Source: Fibrobacter sp. (GTDB lineage: Bacteria > Fibrobacterota > Fibrobacteria > Fibrobacterales > Fibrobacteraceae). From it: a DNA stretch of 64,000 nt. The notes beneath the pieces are model-generated. The model had not been told where the DNA came from. It made no database searches and saw only the letters and a program-made list of their open reading frames with translations. Shown here piece after piece: positions 30,495 to 39,191 of this stretch. The stretch covers positions 1,787 to 65,786 of the forward strand of contig JAZLIJ010000066.1 in assembly GCA_045617325.1 (NCBI GenBank). The letters run 5' to 3'. How positions within the stretch are numbered: the stretch's first letter is position 1; each line of letters opens with the position of its first letter. Made by a program: the position numbers and the translations under genes.

Positions 30495-31372
30495 CACCTG
30501 CCCTCCTTCGCGCGTGGCACCAGCTGGAATCCCACATGGCACACGCGATCCGGTTCACGATCGTCACGAGCTATCGCCAAGATGCGGTCCCTGAACGACG
30601 CAATTTCCATACGCACCTTTTCAAAACCGGCCTTTGAAAGGCTGCAAGTCACACTCGAAAAACTGCGGTCGTCAATGCCGAATTCATCATAAACTTCGCG
30701 ATTGATTTCCAAGTTTTTCAAATGGTACTTGCGAAGCATCGTCGAACGCACTCGCGGCGGAGTCGAAACAATCGGATCCTTCACCTGATACACGCCAGAT
30801 TCGTCCTTGACAACGAAGCCGGCTTTCGTCAAATAGTCAATGCCGCTCTGCACTTGCGGCGCACGAAGCACCGGCGTGAACATGCGACCAATTTCGGCCG
30901 TAGAAACACCTGCAGGCAGCAGTGGCAGCAAATCCCTGAGCACCGGATAATACCACTTCGAGAAGAACTGCAACGCAGAATCCTGCAACGCAAATTCCTC
31001 CTTGCCGGCACGAACCGTCAAGAGCTTCCTCAAAAGAGATTCCCTTTCGTCCACATTTTTTTCGTTCCCAAACCGCACCATATCGAAGAAATATTCCGCC
31101 TCGTCCGAAGAGAGACCTAAGAAATCAGAAACAGACTTGGCGTTTTTCAGGGAAAGCGGGCGCGACCCATCCAAAATTCTCGAAAAAAATGCAGAGCCCT
31201 GAAGCCCCATGAGTTCCTGGAGCATGCGCAGAGAAGAGCCATTTTTCTGCAATATTTCCAAAACAGCCTTGACGTACTCGCGATAGTCGAAGTACATAAA
31301 GACATTGACTGCGCTAGAAACTTCGCTTTTCGCGGCATCATCTTTTGCAGTATTTTTGGAAACACTTTTCAT
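30494..31372 (-). CDS. TIGR02147 family protein
   Basis: Contains YFDYREYVKAVLE and LSLKNAKSVSDFLGLSSDEAEYFFDMV (HTH-like); paralog of 1008-1874. Confidence 0.65.
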   Translation of the reverse strand: MKSVSKNTAKDDAAKSEVSSAVNVFMYFDYREYVKAVLEILQKNGSSLRMLQELMGLQGSAFFSRILDGSRPLSLKNAKSVSDFLGLSSDEAEYFFDMVRFGNEKNVDERESLLRKLLTVRAGKEEFALQDSALQFFSKWYYPVLRDLLPLLPAGVSTAEIGRMFTPVLRAPQVQSGIDYLTKAGFVVKDESGVYQVKDPIVSTPPRVRSTMLRKYHLKNLEINREVYDEFGIDDRSFSSVTCSLSKAGFEKVRMEIASFRDRILAIARDDREPDRVCHVGFQLVPRAKEGR

Positions 31373-31461
31373 ATCATCAAATATATGTTTTTAGAGCAAA
31401 TAATCAATATAAGCAGTGAAAATTTTTTATTACTTTTTCATTATTTTTGGAAACAGATTTG

Positions 31462-31895
31462 GATGCAGCATTAAATCTGCGGAAGAGGGGCTAGGATTTA
31501 GTGGTTAGTGGTTGGTGGTTGACGCCTTTGGCGTCCGCTGCTTCGACTCGGATATAGAAATGAGCGAGCTCATTTCTGCATCTCTCGCCTTGCTCGCTCT
31601 TGGTAAGCAGTTGAATGTTTGGCGCTTCGCGCGAGAATTTTTCGGAAGCGAGATGCATTCGGGATGCGCAGGAAGATCCCGGCTCGGGGGCCGGGATGAC
31701 GTTGCTCCGCATAGTCACCCTGGAGCGAAGCGATAGGGCCGAGATGACGAGTCTAAGGTGACGAGGACAAGCACTACTCAAGCAGCAAATCCGCGCATCT
31801 CGCTTTCACAAAAAAAAGCTTCTCCAGATGTAAAACGAAATCCTAGATTCTAGCCACTAAATCCTAACCTGCGCATTTTCAGCAGCAAACCAGCC
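31462..31895. repeat. mosaic intergenic element cluster F with imperfect terminal inverted repeats
   Basis: Left end: GATGCAGCATTAAATCTGCGGAAGAGGGGCTAGGATTTAGTGGTTAG. Reverse complement of right end: GATGCGGCTGGTTTGCTGCTGAAAATGCGCAGGTTAGGATTTAGTGGCTAG. The interior carries the 71-nt module 31540-31610 and TCCCGGCTCGGGGGCCGGGATGACG at 31677-31701. Confidence 0.75.
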
Positions 31896-31899
31896 GCAT

Positions 31900-33879
31900 C
31901 TAGATTCGAATCATCATCGTCCTATTTTGAACGCGAATCAGGTAATTGCCCGTACGCACGCCGTTCAGGCGGGCTTCGCTGCCGTAGCCTTTGCGGACAA
32001 CGACGCCATTTGCATCCAGGAGCATCCAGTCCGCAGCCTTCGACATACGAACCACTTTCGCCCGCACATCGTAGCGGAACTGCACATCGAGTTCAGGCTT
32101 AGACACGAGAGCGGTCAAGGAGGAATCCGCTTTCGCGGGCTTGAATTGGATATTTCCGACAAACAGTTCTTCAGAATTTTCGGAAACAGTCATGTACAAA
32201 TCCTGAATGCCCTTGAAGTCCTTGAGGTCGGAGCAAGCGACATCCACCCAGCGAGTATCGCCGCAAGAAATCGGAAGCGAGCACTTAGAAACGACATCGC
32301 CTTTCTTACTTTCCTTGTGCAGTTCAAGCGTACCGCCGGAGCAGTTTTTCAGCTGAACGCTCACGCCGGATTCCTTGATGGAATCGGCAATCACGTTTTC
32401 GAAAATTGCATAGCCGCCATCCTTAATTGCAAGCTCATCCTTATCCGTGAGGCGGACGCGGATGCCGTTATCGAAGCCGTTTCCGGGAATCGTATCGCGA
32501 ATAATGCGCAAAAAGTCGAGACGATCGAGTTCAGCGTAGTTTTTACCTTTCGTAATTTCGACAAAGTTACTCCCGCGTTTGAGCTTTGTCGGAATGTAGA
32601 CAATGGACTTTTCCGGAAATTCGCTCCAGGCACCCGTCAGCGGCAACTGAACTTCCTGCGTCTTGCCGTTGATATCCACGAAATGCGAACTGCCATTCGC
32701 GCCATTGTCAGTCCAGTCGTTGTCGTAACGATAACGAATCAGGTAATCACCCGCCTGCGGAATGTTCATCGGCAAACGGATTTTGCTGTCGTCGTAGTTG
32801 ATGTAGGCGACGAATTCACCGCCCGAAGCCTTGGAGCTGCTGGAAATATCGACATGCGTCAAAATGCCGTGTTCCGCTTCGGCGCTCAAATAGCGTCCCA
32901 TGAACGGCTGCCCCATCTCGGGCCAGTTGTCTTCGGTAAACACGAGATCGCGCACCTGAATGTAGGACTTTCCACCCTCATCCTTATTGTAATAGTGATT
33001 CACAAAACGCAAGCGATTCACATCCTCGAACGCCTCGCCGCCGCCGGTGCCGTAATAACGACCATAACGCTGCATCATCAGCGTACCGCCGCCTTCCAGA
33101 AGCGCCTTGCCCGACTTGTCCACATAGCCGCCGTCAATTCTGTTCGAGCGGCCAACCATCGTCTTATAGGTATTGTTTTCAAGGTCGGCGTTGTACTTGC
33201 AACAGTTGTCCCAAGAAGTAAACAGGAAGTACTTGCCATTATGCTCCAAGAGGCTTGCAGCCTCGATGCCGGCACCACCGCGATTTGCAATGTTCACCAT
33301 CTTCGCGCCACTCTTCACCTTGCCCGTCGTTTCGTCCAGTTCGATGATATGGATACCCGTTCCCCACGAGCCAAAAGCCATCCAGACTTTTCCGTTGAGG
33401 TCCTTCAGCACAGCAGCGTCAATCGCATTGTACGAATCGCTCTTGACCGTATGAATTACCTCGCCCTGGTCCGTCCAGCCGTAGCCGGGTTTTGTCGGGT
33501 CGATTTCCTTGCTCGACATGAACCCCATTCCCGAAGAGCGGATGCCCATTTCGGAGCCGCAATAGTACATGCGGTATTCGCCGCCAATGTAGTGAATATC
33601 CGGCGCCCAGATGTCCTTCATGTTCGGAGCGTAGTTGTAAAGCCACTTTGAAAATTCAGGCATGGCGGGTTCGCCATTTTTCCAGTTCAGGGCATCCTCG
33701 GACGTCTGAATCAACATGTGATTGTCCGTATCGACAAGCACGTAGCCGTCATCGTAACGGATAATGTCGGGATCATGCCCCGCCCACTTGGTTTCCTTCG
33801 CATACCAGTCCGCAGCGAATGCAACAGAAAAAGACACACCCAGCGTAAAAGCAAAATATTTCGAGATTTGCATACCCAA
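31900..33879 (-). CDS. secreted glycoside hydrolase family 43 enzyme with CBM6-like modules and C-terminal sorting-type domain
   Basis: Signal peptide. GH43 blocks GHDPDIIRYDDGY, WAPDIHYIGGEYRMYY and GIEAASLLEHNGKYFLF. CBM6-like GGEFVAYINYDDSKIRLPMNIPQAGDYLIRYRYDN. The last ~75 aa (...GVRTGNYLIRVQNRTMMIRI) resemble a beta-sandwich secretion tail. Confidence 0.8.
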   Translation of the reverse strand: MGMQISKYFAFTLGVSFSVAFAADWYAKETKWAGHDPDIIRYDDGYVLVDTDNHMLIQTSEDALNWKNGEPAMPEFSKWLYNYAPNMKDIWAPDIHYIGGEYRMYYCGSEMGIRSSGMGFMSSKEIDPTKPGYGWTDQGEVIHTVKSDSYNAIDAAVLKDLNGKVWMAFGSWGTGIHIIELDETTGKVKSGAKMVNIANRGGAGIEAASLLEHNGKYFLFTSWDNCCKYNADLENNTYKTMVGRSNRIDGGYVDKSGKALLEGGGTLMMQRYGRYYGTGGGEAFEDVNRLRFVNHYYNKDEGGKSYIQVRDLVFTEDNWPEMGQPFMGRYLSAEAEHGILTHVDISSSSKASGGEFVAYINYDDSKIRLPMNIPQAGDYLIRYRYDNDWTDNGANGSSHFVDINGKTQEVQLPLTGAWSEFPEKSIVYIPTKLKRGSNFVEITKGKNYAELDRLDFLRIIRDTIPGNGFDNGIRVRLTDKDELAIKDGGYAIFENVIADSIKESGVSVQLKNCSGGTLELHKESKKGDVVSKCSLPISCGDTRWVDVACSDLKDFKGIQDLYMTVSENSEELFVGNIQFKPAKADSSLTALVSKPELDVQFRYDVRAKVVRMSKAADWMLLDANGVVVRKGYGSEARLNGVRTGNYLIRVQNRTMMIRI

Positions 33880-34291
33880 CCCTCTTTTTGCTCTAAATCT
33901 ATATTTTTGATATAGGAAACGTTCTAGTCAAAAACCTTTCTTATGGAAAAAATGTCAAGAGTTGCCATTTGCAGCGACCGATTCAATCACAAATTCAACA
34001 CGCCATTTAATTTTACACAATGTCCAAACTTTATTGATGACGATGTATCACTTTGCGGTATAGCGACGGAACAGTCAAATCCTTCCTTAAAAGTTTCTCA
34101 ATTAATTCACTATAACATAATTTTATTGATTAGGATTTACAAACCAAAATCAAATTTTGCAACACAAAAAAAAAGAATAATACCGAAATCACCACAATTC
34201 TCTTTCATTTTCATCAACACCCAGCCTTATTGTATATAAATTAAATTTACATTTAACAAATCGACGAAAACATTTTCAAACGTCAACAACA

Positions 34292-35649
<1,358 letters not shown>

Positions 35650-36036
35650 AAATCGTCCCTGTAAATGCGAAAATGGATAGAAGTTAAATCATTCAAACGT
35701 ATTATTTCAAGATAATACAATTCCCGGAAATGTCAACCAGACAATTCTACAGCAGCGGTGAATTTGCAGAAACATTTTCTACAATTAAGCGCATTCGTGA
35801 AATTCCAAATATTATCAACAACAAAACGCAGATCGAGTTCAAGCGAACAGCTGGTGACGGACGGAACAAATAAAGTCTTGGCTTCGGTTTTATATTTTTC
35901 ATACTTTACAAACTACTCCTTGTACAGGCAAAAAACAAGAGGCTTCATTTCTCTAAAAAAATTAAAATCTTAGAATGTCATATTTTGACAAAAGCCTATT
36001 TTTTCTCCTTTTGCCTCAATTTTTCAAAAATTTCTC

Positions 36037-36065
36037 TTGCCATTCCTACAGGAATTTCGTATATT
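36037..36065 (+). promoter_or_regulatory. sigma-70-type promoter for the trp leader (TTGCCA-17 nt-TATATT)
   Basis: -35 TTGCCA at 36037-36042, 17-nt spacer containing the palindrome TTCCT-AC-AGGAA, and -10 TATATT at 36060-36065. Only 7 nt separate the -10 from the leader ATG, implying a leaderless or near-leaderless transcript. Confidence 0.45.
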
Positions 36066-36072
36066 TTGGCAC

Positions 36073-36123
36073 ATGAAAAACGTAACAACAAGCATCAAGT
36101 TCTGGTGGTGGCAGACCCTATAG
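36073..36123 (+). CDS. tryptophan attenuator leader peptide MKNVTTSIKFWWWQTL
   Basis: 16 codons plus stop, read directly. There are three consecutive TGG codons at 36103-36111, immediately upstream of alternative hairpins and a terminator, and 129 nt upstream of trpB2. Confidence 0.75.
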   Translation: MKNVTTSIKFWWWQTL

Positions 36124-36164
36124 TTAGGAGTCTGGTATTTTTGTTTTAGTTTTCATAAAGAATC

Positions 36165-36191
36165 AGGCTCCTCGAAAGGAGCCTTTTTTTA
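36165..36191 (+). terminator. attenuator terminator of the trp leader
   Basis: AGGCTCCT (36165-36172), loop CGAA, AGGAGCCT (36177-36184), then TTTTTTT. The upstream AGGAG (36126-36130) can pair with CTCCT of the left arm (antiterminator). CAGAC (36112-36116) and GTCTG (36130-36134) form the anti-antiterminator next to the Trp codons. Confidence 0.75.
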
Positions 36192-36251
36192 TGACACTGG
36201 ACCGAACGAGGAGCCTGCAAGTTACACCCTACATTAACGAGGATAAATAAA

Positions 36252-37637
36252 ATGAGAAATTCTCTCAAGATTGACGGACAGTGCAAGACTTACCTTAAAG
36301 AAGACGAGCTTCCGAAGGCATGGTACAATGTACGTGCCGACATGAAGAAGAAGCCGGCTCCGCTCCTCAACCCGAAGACTTTGAAGCCGGTCACTTTCGA
36401 AGACCTGCAACCCGTTTTCTGCGACGAATGCATCAAGCAGGAACTGGACGAAACGACAGCCTACTTCCCGATTCCGGAAGATATCCTGACGTTCTACAAG
36501 ATGTACCGCCCGAGTCCGCTCGTGCGCGCCTACTTCCTGGAACAGGCCCTCGGCACGCCGGCCCACATCTACTACAAGTTCGAAGGTAACAACACGAGCG
36601 GCAGCCACAAGCTGAACTCCGCCATCGCCCAGGCCTACTACGCAAAGCAGCAGGGTTTGAAGGGCGTCACCACGGAAACGGGTGCCGGCCAGTGGGGCAC
36701 GGCGCTCAGCATGGCTTGCGCCTTCTTCGACTTGGATTGCCAGGTTTACATGGTCAAGTGCAGCTACGAACAGAAGCCGTTCCGCCGCGAAGTGATTCGC
36801 ACCTACGGCGGCAAGGTGACTCCGTCGCCTTCCATGACGACCGAAGTCGGCCGCAAGATCAACGCGGAATTTCCGGGTGCAACGGGCAGCCTCGGCTGCG
36901 CCATTTCCGAAGCTGTGGAAGCGGCTCAGGCCCAGGAAGGCTACCGCTACGTTCTTGGTTCCGTGCTGAACCAGGTGCTTTTGCACCAGACGGTGATTGG
37001 CCTCGAAACCCAGGCTGCCCTCAAGAAGCTTGGCGTCAAGGCCGATACCATCATCGGTTGCGCAGGCGGCGGCAGTAACCTCGGCGGCCTCATCAGCCCG
37101 TTCGTCGGTGAAAAGCTCCGTGGCGAAGCGGACTACAAGTTCATCGCCGTGGAACCGGCAAGCTGCCCGAGCCTCACTCGCGGCAAGTACGCCTACGACT
37201 TCTGCGACACGGGCTGTGTCTGCCCGATGGCCAAGATGTACACGCTCGGAAGCAAGTTCATGCCTTCCGCAAGCCACGCAGGCGGCCTCCGCTACCATGG
37301 CATGAGCACCATCCTTTCGGAACTTTACGACCAGAAGTTGATGGAAGCCCGCTCCGTGGAACAGACGAAGGTGTTCGAAGCAGCCGAAATATTCGCCCGT
37401 ACCGAAGGCATCCTCCCCGCTCCGGAAAGTAGCCACGCCATCCGCGTCGCCATGGACGAAGCCCTGGAATGCAAGAAGACGGGCGAAGCGAAGAACATCG
37501 TGTTCGGCCTCACCGGCACCGGTTACTTCGACATGATGAGCTACGCTCGCTTCAACGACGGGACGATGGGCGACTACATCCCGACCGACGAAGAAATCCA
37601 GGCCAGCTTCGCTAAGATGCCGAAAGTAGAGTTGTAA
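36252..37637 (+). CDS. TrpB2-type tryptophan synthase beta subunit (stand-alone TrpB-like PLP enzyme)
   Basis: 461 aa, the long TrpB2 form. Contains LPKAWYNVRADM, PLP-lysine region NTSGSHKLNSAIAQA, GCAGGGSNLGG and HAGGLRYHGM. No trpA is adjacent. Confidence 0.85.
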   Translation: MRNSLKIDGQCKTYLKEDELPKAWYNVRADMKKKPAPLLNPKTLKPVTFEDLQPVFCDECIKQELDETTAYFPIPEDILTFYKMYRPSPLVRAYFLEQALGTPAHIYYKFEGNNTSGSHKLNSAIAQAYYAKQQGLKGVTTETGAGQWGTALSMACAFFDLDCQVYMVKCSYEQKPFRREVIRTYGGKVTPSPSMTTEVGRKINAEFPGATGSLGCAISEAVEAAQAQEGYRYVLGSVLNQVLLHQTVIGLETQAALKKLGVKADTIIGCAGGGSNLGGLISPFVGEKLRGEADYKFIAVEPASCPSLTRGKYAYDFCDTGCVCPMAKMYTLGSKFMPSASHAGGLRYHGMSTILSELYDQKLMEARSVEQTKVFEAAEIFARTEGILPAPESSHAIRVAMDEALECKKTGEAKNIVFGLTGTGYFDMMSYARFNDGTMGDYIPTDEEIQASFAKMPKVEL

Positions 37638-37730
37638 AAAGGATACCTCGCCTGCGACGATCCGTCAATACGGGTCGCCAACGGCTCACTGTTAAACAAT
37701 AATCGATTCAAGCACAGCTAAAATTAAACG

Positions 37731-37771
37731 CACCAGCCAAATTCAAGAAAAAATTTTGGCTGGTGTTTTTT
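37731..37771 (+). terminator. rho-independent terminator after trpB2
   Basis: CACCAGCCAAA (37731-37741) / TTTGGCTGGTG (37755-37765) followed by TTTTTT. Confidence 0.7.
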
Positions 37772-38024
37772 ATATAACCTAGTCATGCATCGCAGGAGCT
37801 TTCATCGCGCTAGCCATCAGCATGAAGAGTTTCATCCACAGAAAGTTTTATGTTGCAAACGCGTCATTGCACAGGCAAAGGGATTTTTTGCAATTTTTCA
37901 AAACAAAATAATCACTATTTATGTTTTTCATTCAAACTATAAAAAAAAATAAAATCCCTTGACAGAGCACTTAATTCAGTATATATTTGAGCAGTAGCAC
38001 AAAAGTGCAACACACGGAGAACTT

Positions 38025-38633
38025 ATGATAGAGCGCATACACGGAATATTGGCAGAAAAAGCACCGACATTCGTTGTCGTGGATTGCAACGGAATCGGTT
38101 ACGGAGTCAATGTTTCAGCTTATACAGCGCAAAAACTTCCCGAAGAAGGCGTAGAAGTGACGCTTTACACGAATCTCGTTGTTCGAGAAGATTCCATGAC
38201 GCTGTTCGGATTCGCCGACAAAACGGAAAAAAAGCTTTTCCTGATGCTACTCGAAGTGAACGGAATCGGTCCGAAAATGGCACAGCGCATTCTGAGCGGA
38301 GTCTCCCCGACCGACCTTTTGAGCATGATAGCAAGCGACAACAAGGCCTCTCTTGGCAAAATCAAGGGTCTCGGCAAAAAGACCTGTGAACAGATGACGC
38401 TTGCGCTCAAAGATAAAGCAGGAACAATGCTACAATCCATGGACAATGTGGAAATCAGCGGACTTTCAAATGTGGCAGTACTGACAGGAGCAAGGCAGGA
38501 AGCAGTCCTTGCGCTGCACACGCTCGGAGTAAAGGATCCGGCAGCAGAAAAGGCCGTCTTGAAAGCCGCAGAAATCCTCGGCGACGCAGCAGACGCAACA
38601 GCGCTCATCCCAGAAGCACTGAAGTACCTGTAA
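38025..38633 (+). CDS. ruvA: Holliday junction branch migration complex subunit RuvA
   Basis: N-terminus MIERIHGIL...VVDCNGIGYGV, with HhH motifs VNGIGPKMAQRIL and IKGLGKKTCEQM. Confidence 0.9.
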   Translation: MIERIHGILAEKAPTFVVVDCNGIGYGVNVSAYTAQKLPEEGVEVTLYTNLVVREDSMTLFGFADKTEKKLFLMLLEVNGIGPKMAQRILSGVSPTDLLSMIASDNKASLGKIKGLGKKTCEQMTLALKDKAGTMLQSMDNVEISGLSNVAVLTGARQEAVLALHTLGVKDPAAEKAVLKAAEILGDAADATALIPEALKYL

Positions 38634-38689
38634 AATGAGGACTGAATATTCAAGATTAAATTTTGCAACAAGCAAAGCTATCAGCAAAA

Positions 38690-39187
38690 AAAAATGAAGG
38701 ATAAAAGATGAAGGATAAAAAAATCACAAATAAGAAAACAAATAATTAATTTTCCCCCTATACCCTATTCACAATTCCCTATTCACTGTTCAAGATTCTC
38801 AGCACCGATGCCCAAACAGATTGCTTCGTCCAGCCGGCTCGCCATGACGTACAAGGCGAGTGTTGCGAAAAAATGCTTGCATTTTTTCATTACCGAGCAG
38901 CAGGGTCATGCGCTCCGCGCAATGACATGGGAGCCGAGAGCAGCGGCCACGCTTGCGAGGACATTGCCGAGGCGAACCTGTCATGCGCTTGTGCCATGAC
39001 GCACAAGGTTATCAAACGCGGGAGCTTGCTCACGCATTTGACAATCGCAGAGTCATGCACAAAGTACAACGACGTAAAAAACAATCTCATAACCCATCCT
39101 TCATTCACTATTCACTATTCACTATTCACTATTCACTATTCATTGTTAATTGTTAATTGTTAATTGTTAATTGTTAATTGTTAATTT
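38690..39187. repeat. mosaic intergenic element cluster G separating ruvA from ruvB
   Basis: 14-mer duplications at 38693-38720 (ATGAAGGATAAAAG/A) and 38763-38790 (CCCTATTCACAATT/CCCTATTCACTGTT), a GC-rich hairpin-bearing core, then the 84-nt heptamer array 39104-39187. Confidence 0.85.
39104..39187. repeat. 12-unit heptamer array (TTCACTA x5, TTCATTG, TTAATTG x5, TTAATTT) ending 4 nt before the ruvB ATG
   Basis: Counted directly; one register throughout. Confidence 0.95.
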
Positions 39188-39191
39188 CCCC

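Noticed and set aside
31927-33651. 574 aa plus-strand ORF
   Set aside because: It is antisense to the GH43 gene, which has clear catalytic and CBM motifs. The product is a shadow ORF rich in R/A/H/V.
35730-35873. 47 aa plus-strand ORF MSTRQFYSSGEFAETFSTIKRIREIPNIINNKTQIEFKRTAGDGRNK
   Set aside because: It is short, has no recognisable family or ribosome-binding context, and lies in an AT-rich gap. It may be a gene fragment, but this cannot be supported from sequence alone.
36234-37436. 400 aa minus-strand ORF
   Set aside because: It is antisense to trpB2 (clear PLP-enzyme motifs). This is a high-GC shadow frame.
39104-39187. Possible CRISPR array (regular short repeats)
   Set aside because: The units are 7 nt and directly tandem with no spacers. 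No cas genes are present. The same applies to every other array in the window.
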